Source: Paraphysomonas bandaiensis
Taxonomy: Eukaryota > Protista > Chrysophyceae
Direction of reading: 5' to 3'
Assembly (NCBI GenBank): GCA_965644295.1
Contig: CBFFRP010000377.1
Span: 62,001 to 126,000, forward strand
Length of the DNA stretch: 64,000 bases
Part shown: in pieces, positions 1 through 14,792 of the stretch
Layout: every line of letters starts with the position of its first letter
How positions within the stretch are numbered: position 1 is the stretch's first letter
Translations under genes and position numbers: made by a program
Notes under the pieces: generated by a model
The model's input: the letters and a program-made list of their open reading frames with translations, nothing else
Databases searched by the model: none
What the model was told of the DNA's origin: nothing

Positions 1-502
1 GGCTGTGTATTAATGTTCGAGTTTCAGGGTGCAAGTTTTTTACTAAGGCTGCTACGTGGGCAGGTGAAGCTCATCAGATCCGTACATATTGACAAACGGC
101 TACATGCTAACTTTTTGGGGTCCATCGATATTGGTGAACCATCTGAGCAATTGTCTGAGAAAGTAGTGTCTGACATTCGGAAATACTCGGAGATCCTGGC
201 CTACTGCAATGCACAGACTGTAGTCCGGAGAATACATGCCGGGAACGGTTCTCCAGTGAGTGTCCTCCATAGTGCGCATTCTTCTATAGCTTACCATGTG
301 CTGTTACTAGGTCGAGATATCAGCAGATAATCTACAGGTGCTATGGCGGGAGGTTGTGGGTCGACCGGCCAGCAAACAGCTTTTGGCTGATACTATTGAC
401 GCATATGGCACTGGAACATCCCTCACTTACCCGCAATGCGAAGTCGCATTGCTTCAGGAGCTTCAGGAGAGTGGGGCCATCCCGACATTATCAAAAACGT
501 GA
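1..502 (+). CDS. 3' part (or internal exons) of an uncharacterised spliced gene running in from the window edge
   Basis: Open frame LIRSVHIDKR...AGNGSP, GT-AG intron ~257-311, then VEISADNLQVLW...TLSKT-TGA(500-502). A GTGAGT donor at 499 could instead splice in frame into the next gene. Confidence 0.55.
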
Positions 503-608
503 GTTTCGTATATAGTTGATTTTGGATTGTGAATATTGTGTGCCACTTCATGTACTGTGTCATTGCGTGATCCTATTTTAAAATGGAAAGCTGTGCAGGC
601 AGTTTGGT

Positions 609-3600
609 ATGTTTAAAACTGAGGAGGAAATGGTACTACTTAATCCCATTAGACAATCGAAGAAAGTGGCGGAGGATAATATGGAACAGAAGAACGCTCT
701 TGATCACCCTGTACTATCGAAGAGCTTTTCTGGAGGGCCAGAATCTGGTAAAAGGTCCCTATCTTTTTCTCCGAAAAAGCACTCTTCTTGGAGGAAGAGA
801 CTGACCAGCTTTGCATCTACAAGCTCTGCTGGAGAAAAAGAGGAGGAAATGTCGCACAAAGCCGATGATAGTTTCGGTCCTACGCCTGCAGATTGCAGTA
901 GCCATGGGCCCGATTCTCCTGGTAAAGAAACGACTACCGGCGATGATAGTTGCAAGGACTTGAAGGGGAATTCTCATGCTTCAGAGTCAGATTCCCCACT
1001 TGAGGACGCGATGATTGATGAGAATGATTGTGAGGGTGATAGGGGTCATTCTGAAATTTCAGGGTCAGTGTCCCCACTTAAGGAGGTGGTGACTGATGGT
1101 GATAGGGACCATTCTGAAATTTCAGGGTCAGTGTCCCCACTTAAGGAGGTGGTGACTGATGGTGATAGGGACCATTCTGAAATTTCAGGGTCAGTGTCCC
1201 CACTTAAGGAGGTGGTGACTGATGGTGATGGGGGTAATGAGGGTGATGAGGGATATTCTGAAGTATCTGAGTCAGATTTCGCACTTAAGGAGGCGGTGTC
1301 TGATGGTGATGATGAGGGGGGTGATGAGCGACCTTCTATATGTTCTGTTGAAAGTTCTCCTGGGGATGATGTTTCCGATGGAACAAGTGATGCTACGCAG
1401 GATATAAATGTGGAAGAGTCCTGTACTGATAATATCGAGTCCCAGACTGTGGGGTCAGATATTGGCTGTCTGTCGGGAAGCCATGAGGACAATGAATACT
1501 CTCACCCCAAGGCGTACCTCTTTAGTTTAATTGACCGCAACTGTGACGGGCGGCTGACACTGACTGAGTTCGTTCAGGCTCTTCGGACGCACCCGGAAGT
1601 GTCTCGCGTGCTACGTCTACCGAGCCACATCAGACAGGAAGATGGGAGTCGAGACAAGTGTGTGATGGTTTTCAACGAAATGGACTCGGACAATAGTGGC
1701 ATTATAGACAGACGAAAATTTTTGTTGTATGTCGACAGCTTTGATTTCGACCGGGCGATGGATGAGTCAGGGCGGTCGGGCGATGACAAGGTGGGGTATC
1801 AATCTGGCGGAGATAGCAGTGAAGGAGACGATGAGAAGGTAGTGAAAGATATGGTGCCTCCTCCAATTAGCGCAAGATCGCCGATTCGATACCAAAATAG
1901 TCTGGGAACCCGCAAATCAATTGGCACTCAAAACACAGTTCAGACGTCACTTTTGTCTAGTAGTTACCCTCCTGGCAAGGTGGGCGCAGTTCAGGTACGT
2001 GTGGCACTGTACTTAGGTTATCGCACAGAATAATATGTTTCTTAGAACAAGATAGGAAGCCTTGGCTGTTCAAACATACACGGTATGTGTGTTCAAGTTG
2101 CTTAATTTATGATGTAAGTTCCAATGTCCGCAGACTCTGGGTCGCTATGTGATCATGATATTGCGCCAACTGATAGTGCGGATTTATATTTTTCTCAAGG
2201 AGTTCTTGTGGCAAAGTCACATGGAATCAGAACTTGCGAAGTGCCACCGGAGGTCTTGAATTTAATTTTTGAAAGTGACAATAAATATAGACGTGTGCGA
2301 AAGAGTAGTGGAGTGCATAATGTACACACTCTTGTACTCAGCCACAATCTGATATCTACTGTGCTCACAGCAAGCTTTGTCTCGTTCACAGGATTGTCTC
2401 ACTTGGATTTGTCATTTAATAAAATCACTGAAATCCATGGGGAATTCCCACCCACCTTGAAAGTGCTGAAGCTTAGCCGAAACAAAATCAGTAAAATCAA
2501 AGGACTACTTCTTTGTCATTCGTTGCGGGAAATCGATTTGTCACACAACTGTATTCGCTCAGTTGTGGGACTTCCTGCTGAACTGGAGAGGATTGACATA
2601 AGTGACAACAATATTGATGGAGAACTGAATCTGAGAATGCTTTCGCTGAGTCCCAAAATTAGTGCCCTGGCTATTGATAACAACCCCATAGTTGATCGCA
2701 TGAAGAACTATAGAGCTAGGCTAATGTCTCTTCTTCCTTGTTTAAATGAAATCAATCATGTGGTGCTTCCGCGACCTCGCAAAGTGCCTCCGAGGACTGC
2801 GAATAAAGGTGTTAGGCCCACTGGATCTCCTGTAAGGAGGTCTCGACCCCTATCAAATAGTCCACGAAGACGAATGAGTAAGAAAGCGCAGCAAGAGGCC
2901 GACGAACGACGATCGAAGGAGTATTTCATGATGCAGAAATATAGAGAAAATGCCGAGAAGAATGTGACAGATATGTTCGACTCCATGTCTCGCTCTGTCC
3001 ATAAGAGGTCTATGTCTCCTAAAAAGGTGATTGCGGTAACCGATCGACTTCATGCATGGAGGCCATGGCATATCAAGAAAATAGAGGAAGAGCAGGTGGG
3101 TTGGTTGCCACATATCCCTTTTTAAAGTTTAACTATGCTACAGAGGCTCCTTCGGGTTTCCATGGAACAGGAGTCTATGAAAGAACAGAAAAAGAAGAGA
3201 GTTGTGAGAAGACGAAAAAGCCCAGCGAAGAAGATTATTCGCCGGGAAGAAGTCGTCAATTGGACATCCCGTGTGCAGTCCATTTTGTCTGCGGCGTATG
3301 AGTTGTTGTGTCAGTTATTTGACGACATTGAGTCAGGGGTGCACAGAGAAGGACAAGAAATATCTCTTGAAAGTAAACAAGAGCTGAGAGAGACATTGGC
3401 GGAATTGTATAGCGATCGTATACAAGCGTTACGCGATGAGTTTTCAAGTGTGTCGCTTCCCTCTGGTGGAGCTGTGCCTGATGATTTGTCGGAAGAAGTC
3501 CGCGCCTGGCAGGAGGACTGTTATCATTGTATGCTTTCTTTGAAGTTCACACATTCTGTCGTGGGTATATCTGATAAAAGCATAAACAAAGTGGAGCACC

Positions 3601-5189
3601 TCATAGGTTCTTTAGTATCATCGCTTCAAATAAGTGAAGATGGGTACCCACTCGAGTTTGTGAATTGGCATGCTGGTGCTAAAAGGTGTGCCGATATGGC
3701 GGTACAAATAACTCGATCCCCCTTTGTCACTCCCTCGACGTCCATCCCTTGTTCGCCCATCAAAGGAAACCAGCTGTCTGTAGAAGACAATCAATTTCCT
3801 GATTTGTCAGTAACAGATGCGTCATGCTTGCCTAATATAGAGGAAGGTCTATCAAAGGAGAGTGACCTCGTCGATGAATCTGAGTCCCATGGTATCATTT
3901 CTCAGCATAATATTTCTACTAGTGCTTTGAGTTCTGATGATGTTAAGACGCGTATGGATAATCTAAAAGCTCGAGCTCTACGAAGAGCAGGCATGGATAG
4001 TACCCTTGTGGACAATCCAAGTTTGTCTGTGGGTCCCAAAACTGCACCTGCGGTAGATACCGAAACAGTGGAATCAAGTTCTGCGGAACTAAAGACTGAA
4101 ACTGTAAAAACTAATGCTTTAGTTTCACGAGAACAAGGGTCCGAAGGAGATAATATTATCGCATCTGATGAGCAAGCTTTACAGGAACCTGAGTCGGAAC
4201 CTCGTTTGGCACTTGAGTGTACTTCCGCTCCTGCAGTTGACGAAGACGTCGAAACATCAGTTATGGAAGAAAGTGATGAAACAGAGAGCCCTGAATCTGA
4301 AGATCATGACGAGGTGGACACTAGCGACGACGACGGAATTGATGAGGCTGGAGGGGCCTTCTCTCTCCCTCTAGGTGAGGCCAGACCTTCAGGGGGGTCC
4401 GTTGGTAGTGGAAGCATTGGTAGCTTGGGCAGTCGTTCAGCAGGAATTGGGAGTATGTTGTCTCAGAAGAAGCTACAAACCTGGAAAGACGCTGAGATAA
4501 TACCCCAAAACCCCAGTCGGGGAGATTGGCGGGATGAAGCCACAGATGTAGACGATGGGGATAAGAGCTATGCATTGTCAGAAGCTATAACTGGTGGTAA
4601 TACCCAGGAATCACGTCCTCCTCCTCGTAGCATGCTCAGTTCTCTGCAGGCAGCCGTTGAAGACGAAGATGACGTCGATGGTGGGAGGTTATCACCTGTT
4701 AGTACAAGCAGCAGTCTACACTACAATGTGGCATCACGGCTGAATGGAGCAATTTCGACCCCACCTCTGGAGCCATCTCATAGGTCGTCAACAGCAGAGG
4801 TCACATCTACTGCACATAGCGTAGCGTCTGTTAGAGATGATATGTCTCGGGATGATGTAAGTGCCGAAGATATATTTAGCAGAATGGGAAATTTGAAGGA
4901 GAAGATCATGCGTGGAAGTACGAGCACCTTGAAAGACTCCCGGCCTCGATCCACTCAGAGCGGAACCGTAGCGACACCAGAGAGGCCGAACAAGACGGTT
5001 GCAACGTCCCCCAGCAGTGTTCATTCCAATGCGTCCTCTAGTGTAATGACTCCCGCCGCAGACAGTGATAGCGAATCTCTCCGAAGTATATCCAGTTCAA
5101 AGACTGGGGCGTCTGGAATGAGTGCTATGGACCGATTAAAAGCTAAGCTCGCCAAAAATCGAATGGGTAAAGGCGATAGTACCGTATAA
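609..5189 (+). CDS. Large protein with paired EF-hands, leucine-rich repeats and long Ser/Asp/Glu-rich disordered regions
   Basis: ORFs 609-2033, 2124-3125 and 3135-5189 are joined by GT-AG introns (~1996-2045, ~2083-2118, ~3096-3143). EF-hand motifs DRNCDGRLTLTEF and DSDNSGIIDRRKF; LRRs LDLSFNKI, LKLSRNKI, IDLSHNCI; LRR cap NPIVDRMKNYR. The true start is uncertain. Confidence 0.75.
1032..1229 (+). repeat. 63-bp coding tandem repeat, ~3 copies (DGDRDHSEISGSVSPLKEVVT)
   Basis: Repeat directly visible in DNA and protein, with degenerate flanking copies. Confidence 0.95.
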
Positions 5190-5897
5190 GTTGTAAGTAA
5201 TTTTACTTTGTGTCATCGAGTCGTATTGAGAAAGTCAACATTGCTATGCATGCTATGTTTTCACTATATATATACCGTTCATACTCCACATAGTTGTTTT
5301 TGTGCAATTTAAACCAGTGGTCACGTAAAGAATCGTGGTTGTAAACCTTTCCCTTGAGTGTGTTTAGGGTGACCGGTTTTAATTTTTGCCTTCTTTGCAA
5401 ATTAAGTCAACAGTGTCAACGTAGCATCTCCTTTTCCAGAATATATGGAATACACAATCATCAGTGCTTCTTCTACACTGTGAGCATAGACCTATATATA
5501 TTATATAACTCTTACACTTATCCCAATGTTGTTATTGGTAACAGTATTGCAGTTGTTGTCCAATATCAATATATTCGTGCACTACAAGCTGAGTCAATTT
5601 TACTTTGCATTTGAATAATATGAAATCAGCTACTAGCTACTTAAAGTTTATTAATAACGAATGTCGAATTTGAAACAGTGATATATACAATCTCTTTTAT
5701 AATTTCCGTGTGTTAAGATAAATGAAAGTAACTGCTACAGAGTTCTCACAAAACAGAAAAGTTATTAATTCGTTTACTCTTCCTCGTTACTCTCTATAAA
5801 GAGAGCTAAAAGTTATATAAAGTAGATCAAACTAAGACGACATTTAAGAAAACAGAAGCAATATAGAAACAAGATAGGTGTTATTTTTCATTGGTAG

Positions 5898-6245
5898 TGA
5901 GTGCTTAAATCTGATATTCTACATTTTAACACTACGAGAGCTGCTTGTGTGTTGTGTGTCACCACAGGCCCAAGGTGGAACTACTTTCGTTCTATAGCTC
6001 ATATATATAGTGTATGATACGAAAGAGTCCCTCAGCCCTCAGCAAAGTCGGACTCGCACCTTTTCGTGGTGTCATGCTGGGGGATAAGTACCGGGATACT
6101 AACATGAGGAGCCGCATATATAGTCAGAAGATAATTTTCTGTCCACTCATAATGCTCGTGCGGTATACAAGGGACCAATATAAGTGTCACTTGTGTACCT
6201 TGACGAATAAACAGTCATCCTGGACTGGGCTCCGACCTGAAACGC
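5898..6245. repeat. Dispersed repeat family A: inverted 3' piece followed by the 5' half
   Basis: Blocks such as CAAAGTCGGACTCGCACCTTTTCGTGGTG and TAAGTGTCACTTGTGTA recur at 13825-14370 (reverse) and 52261-53180. Confidence 0.85.
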
Positions 6246-6259
6246 GTGTCCGCACGTAC

Positions 6260-7495
6260 CTCTCGGCCTTGACCTTTGATTATGTATGTGATGAGGACAC
6301 ATCGGGGGCTAGTGGAATATCTAATAAGGAAGCGGCACCCCATACAGATAACTTTGATTCACGGTCTTCATCAGTAAGCTCGAAAAACTCTATTGCTCGC
6401 TCTGGCAATACCGTTAGCTCGAAGAGCTCTCGTTGCTCGAAACACAATTCAGGAAGTACTTTATCTGGTCGATCGGGGATGTCTGAATCCCGTGATGTGC
6501 CGTTGGGTAGAGTTTCAGGAAAGTCATTGAGTAAATCTTTCTTGCTGCGCTTGAAGGAAGTTCATACCTTTATTCTGGTGATAAGTCATGGAGTTTGTCG
6601 TATAGCGACAAGCTCAGCACCGCAACTCCGAATGGAATAGATGTTGCGGCCAATACTACAGTATTTACTATATTCACGAAGTGTTGCCGCTACTGCGTGT
6701 GTGCTTTGGTACAGCAGCCAAGCCACCGGTGGAACTCTTGGATCAATTTTCGGCTACAGGAAAACAAGAAATGATATGTTCGTTAGCATCTGAAATTATC
6801 ATTTATACCTCTAGCACTAAAACTTTAATAATGGAGGACCTGCAGTGGTGTGACTCGCAGTCGTTTGAAATAATTCTACGTCTACTATCCGTGATGGATT
6901 CCGGTATATTCCTTGGATCAATGAGGCCTGTGGATCGCAACAAGAAATCAAGAAACTGGTATGTTCATAACACATCATTCGATAGGTCTGCCCGAGTCAA
7001 TGATATGGACGATATAAGCTACCTTTGCCATGTAATTTCATTGGGTACATTTACACGGAACAGCGTCCGCTCCTTAATTGAAGTTACCCTAGGGTCTTCT
7101 GTGTTGGCCAATGAGCCCAATATCTTGTCCTATCAAAGTGTGACGAATATTCTCTCAAAGAGTGGAGGAGGAATAGCGGGGTTGGTGGTAGAACAAATTA
7201 AGCAGATTGAATTGCGTGTGTCCAAGATGAAGTATGGCGCTAGCTCACCCTCAAGTGGTAATCGATATGGAATGCAAGAATTTGATGGATTGTCTCATGA
7301 GAACAAGATCCTTTTAAAACTGGCTTCTGTGTGTGGTACTGACTTTTCTGTATATACCCTTAACTTAACTTTAGAAAAAATGGGGTATGGGGTGATCATT
7401 TCTCAAGTAGAGAAAGCTCTCGTTGAACTTGAAGAGATGGGGATAATTAAGCGTGTTTTTGCCATGCCTGAAAGACTCGATTCGAAGGGCATCTG
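6260..7495 (+). pseudogene. Fragment of a soluble adenylyl cyclase (ADCY10)-like STAND/AAA ATPase region, embedded in repeat family A
   Basis: LIMEDLQWCDSQSFEIILRLL...LGSMRP and ILLKLASVCGTDFS resemble that region. No start, Walker A or cyclase domain; frame changes near 6560-6680; both ends run into repeat sequence. Confidence 0.55.
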
Positions 7496-7499
7496 CAAC

Positions 7500-7700
7500 T
7501 GGAGTATTGGGCTGCCTGCTGAAGTCAAGCACCCGGGCTAGTTCACCTTAAGGACCTTGGTGCTTGCGGTGACGCACAAGCAGCTATTGTAGCGCAAAAT
7601 AGTCGGATATCAGTGTTAAGCACTAGTTAGTTAAATGGTTTTGCTACAGTAGTTCTGACTCTTACCGCCAATTGCAAATAATCAGTTATTCACTTCTACG
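7500..7700 (+). repeat. Dispersed repeat family A, 3' half
   Basis: TATTGGGCTGCCTGCTGAAGTCAA...CCTTGGTGCTTGCGGTGACGCACAAGCAGCT...GATATCAG(T/A)GTTAAGCAC is shared with 52790-53180 and, reversed, 13825-14140. Confidence 0.9.
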
Positions 7701-8173
7701 ACAGAGTACCGAGGTCTGAAAATATGACGGACAGCTTAAAAAAGAAACGAGGGTTTTAAGAATGTATAAATTGGAGTAAATTGCCGTGCCATGTACTTTC
7801 CTTCTCTTGAAGTCATTCTTTATAAATCTTATTTTTTCTCATCTATCTACTAAACTCGTACTGACTCTTGAACCTTGAACGCCAATTGCTAATAAGCAGG
7901 TGTTGTTCACAACTGATCTTTTTGACATCCTCTGTGATTTACATCGACTCTAGTTATTAGTTATACATACGTTGTTAGTTTATAATTAATTTTATATTTC
8001 TATTTACTGGTGCAATTTGTGTGGTAATAATAAAAAAGTTAAGTATGGAAAATTTATATAATACCTTGCAGCTTAAATTTTCTATGACTCAATCTAATAT
8101 ATTGACTATAGGTACTAAAAGTATCAGCAAAGCATCACACTAGACCTACTGTCTAACGCTAAATAGTAAAGTG

Positions 8174-11331
<3,158 letters not shown>

Positions 11332-11902
11332 GAGACCCTCACACGCACAGACACAGAGGGATACAGAGGAGTCACATCACAGCATACATCCCCACAGTGT
11401 CATCAACTGATCCGCAGCTGGGAGGTAATTGCGATTGCTGTCAGTCTGTATGCTGAGAGCGGAGGGTTGCAGTGCACCACCGCTACATGTACATGTCCAC
11501 ATACAGCAGTGTACTGTTAGACTTGTACTGCTCTATCGGGTCCCTGTCAGCCCTACAGCAGTACTCCGCACACGTTCTGCAACTCTAGAACAGTTTATAG
11601 GTATACACATCCACGTACATCTGCACACTGCTGTACTCGCTGGACATACATACACTCCTAGTCGTACAGACATTTCATTCGCCCAGCCGCACACTGAAGT
11701 GTACCTACGCAATGTATATCAGTGTATACACTGTATATGCAGCCCTAGTAATCTGTGTCTGCATGCAGTACTTCTGTAGCTATGTGCCGTATGTATGTGT
11801 GTGTGTGTTGATGTGCTGCGCTGGATGAGAAGAGCGGAGAGAGGAGCGGAGCGGGTTATTTATGATTAACGTGCAGCCGATTATCCAAATACTGCAGAAT
11901 TA

Positions 11903-13524
11903 ATGGTCTATGTAAATGAAGCTGTGCAAACACCCTACGGGGCAGGCAAAGTCGTGAGTGTAAGGGATAAGGATGTTGTGGTCGAGCCACTGCACTGGAG
12001 GATGGCAGGCGGACAGAAGCCGTCGTTCTATGTTAGTAAGTCAGACTTGTCGACACTGTTCACTGCGGGAGATGCTGTCAAAACACAGTTTGGGTCTGGG
12101 CGCATCAAAGAAGCTCGAGAGGATGGTATATACGTGATTGTATTGAACGACTGGAAACTAGCCACTGGCAAGTCTCCTGTGCTCTATTTGCCTGTGGATT
12201 CATTTACAAGGGAGCCAAAAGATGTACAGGTATGTCGATATGTATTAGGTGATGACTGTCTTAATTTAGTAAGCAGAGTATTGTGGTGGGAGCGAAGGTG
12301 TTCACCACTTATGGTACAGGCCAAATCACTGAAATTCGCGACACCGATGGTATCGTAGTCGTGACGCCAGATTCCTGGGTTTTAGCCGACGGCAGGGCAC
12401 CCGTTTTCTATATGAACAAGAAAGATGTGAGTCCTATTCTTGCGGCAGCTGGTGAGACGCCCACTGCTGGCACTGAGTCCAGTGAGCAGAGCTTTGAGTC
12501 CCGCATGAAACGGGCTATCGAGCTAAAGGGAAATGGAACGACGGAGTTTAAGAAAAATGAATTCGAGAAGGCAAGCATGCTTTACAGTCAGGCTTTGACG
12601 GTGATGAATGTAGGTTCCTTATTGCGCTGTACTGCCGACGTTCTAACTGTTGATGTAGTATCTAGGTGCCGGCTTGAGTAACGACCAAAAGGCGGCAGTC
12701 TTCGAGCAGGTAAGGCGAACTAAAGTGGTGATGATCTATGCATGACCATGTGCTTGGTATTTTCAGACGGTGCCTTGTCATAATAACATGTCTCTATGTT
12801 GCTTGCGCTTAAATCGATTCCGGGAAGCTGCAGAGTACGCGAACAATGTGAGTTAAACACCTATCCGAGTTACTGTTTCCTAACGACGATGTATATCGAA
12901 TATGTACAGAGTGTACAGTTGGTGGACGCTCTGGAGCAACGGATCGGAAGTAGTCGAGTGTGGACATGTTTAGAAGCTCGAGGAGTGACCCGGGATCTCT
13001 TATTGAAGAAGTGGAAGAGGCGTGCACACTACCTCTTGGGTAAGGCATATCTGGGTATGCTTGAATTGAAACTCGCCAGGAACAACTTTCGATCTGCATT
13101 GGCGCTTATTCAGGACGACCCTGTTCTTGTAAAAGAAGCAAACGAAATCCGTCAACTGGTGACGACTACCTCGAAGAAATTGGACAAACAGTCCAAGAAC
13201 GAAAAGAATATGTGGTCGAAGGCGTTCAAAAAGAGGAAGGAAGAACAACATCACGAGGAAAAGCTCAAGCAGCAGTCTCCTGCCAGCGCAGCTGTGGGCA
13301 GCCCACAGCAACAGCAGACAGGGAACACCACCAAGGGTGCTGTAGATCCTAGTGACTTCGACCTCTCGCAGTTTGGAATCGGGAAAGCGAATAAATCTGC
13401 TAACACAGGAGCAGTAGTTAAGGGGTCTAACGGCGGAAGTAGTAATCTGTGGATGGGAGGCTTGTTTATGCTTTTCACTGTGGGACTAATCGGTGGATTC
13501 ACATTTCTTAGATTCAGGAAGTGA
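11903..13524 (+). CDS. TPR protein with three N-terminal beta-rich (Tudor/SH3-like) repeats and a C-terminal transmembrane anchor
   Basis: Repeats VQTPYGAGKV / VKTQFGSGRI / VFTTYGTGQI; TPR-like AIELKGNGTTEFKKNEFEKASMLY and AHYLLGKAYLGM; C-terminal hydrophobic helix followed by FLRFRK; GT-AG introns. Confidence 0.75.
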
Positions 13525-13824
13525 ATTCTTTTAAATTAATAGCTTTTCAGCAGTAGTGTTTTGAGTAATAAGAAGTGATTACGAAGTAATATATTACAGG
13601 CCATCGGTGGAACACAGCGGAAAAGTCGTTGCTGTTTTGTTACAGAGGGTACCCCAAGGTTGTACTAAGTAGAACACTCTATCGCCGTATAGTTGATAGT
13701 TATCAGCTGTCGAATTGTAAGTGTGAGTAAAACAAATTCTAGAGGTTGAAATACGCAATGTATTTTAACATTGTCTAATGACGTGTTTCGTAGATTTTGA
13801 TTATGCTGATAGCAGTATTAAAAT

Positions 13825-14370
13825 TCTGATTATTAGCAATAAGCGTGTAAGAGTCAGAACTATTGTAGCAAAACAATTTAATTAACTAGTGCTTAACTCT
13901 GATATCCTACTATTTTGCGCTACATAAGCTGCTTGTGTTGTGTATCACCGCAAGCACCAAGGTACAACCACTTTCGCTCTATCACTCAGAGCAAACGCAG
14001 CGAGCAAGCAGAATGTTGATATACCTGACATCTGTTGCTGTTCTCATCATGTAATAATCAGATATTCTTATTTTACATCTTTTGACTTCAGGATTTTGAG
14101 CCCTTGAAATGCGTGAATTCAGCAGGCAGCCCAATACCCCGGTTACTCTTGAGGTGGGCCCAGCTCTGGGTTCTGGATGCCTGTTTATTCATTAAGGCCC
14201 AAAAACATCTACACAAGATCACAAGTGACACCTATTAGTGTCCCTTGTACCACACAAGCATTTGGCTATGAGTAGGCGAATTTTTTTTCTGACTATATAT
14301 GCGGCTTACGTTAGATTCCTTATCCCCCAGAACATCACGAAAAGGTGCGAGTCCGACTTTGGTGAGGGGA
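13825..14370 (-). repeat. Dispersed repeat family A, near full-length copy
   Basis: Reverse complement matches 6035-6245 plus 7500-7700, and 52261-53180. Confidence 0.88.
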
Positions 14371-14792
14371 TGTTGAATGTTGAGTAATGTATAATGTATA
14401 TGAAGTACAAAAGTGTACGTTGTTAGAATAGAGCTGTGGAAGACATAAAATAAACGGGTGAGCGTACTACCAATTTTAAAGTAACAGCTTCCGTGCTTTA
14501 CACTATACTAATTAGAACTTCAATAAATTGCATTAGGAGACCCAGCCTACATAAAGCGCACAGAGCACGAACAAGTTATTTGTTTGGTAAGGTTGAAACA
14601 AGTGTCTGTAATACTGTTCGACAGACTGAGGCCATAACAGTGGTCATTCGAAGAAGACTATACACAGCAACACACCACATCATACCGCTGCTCTTAATAG
14701 CAGTGCCGAGAACATGTACGAGAGCACTTTATTTACAGCTAAATACATGGAAGCACCATGCTGAAAGCTAACGAAAATACGACACTGCAGCA

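Noticed and set aside
14335-14370. GGTGCGAGTCC as a tRNA B-box or tRNA gene
   Set aside because: No A-box or cloverleaf; it is part of repeat family A.
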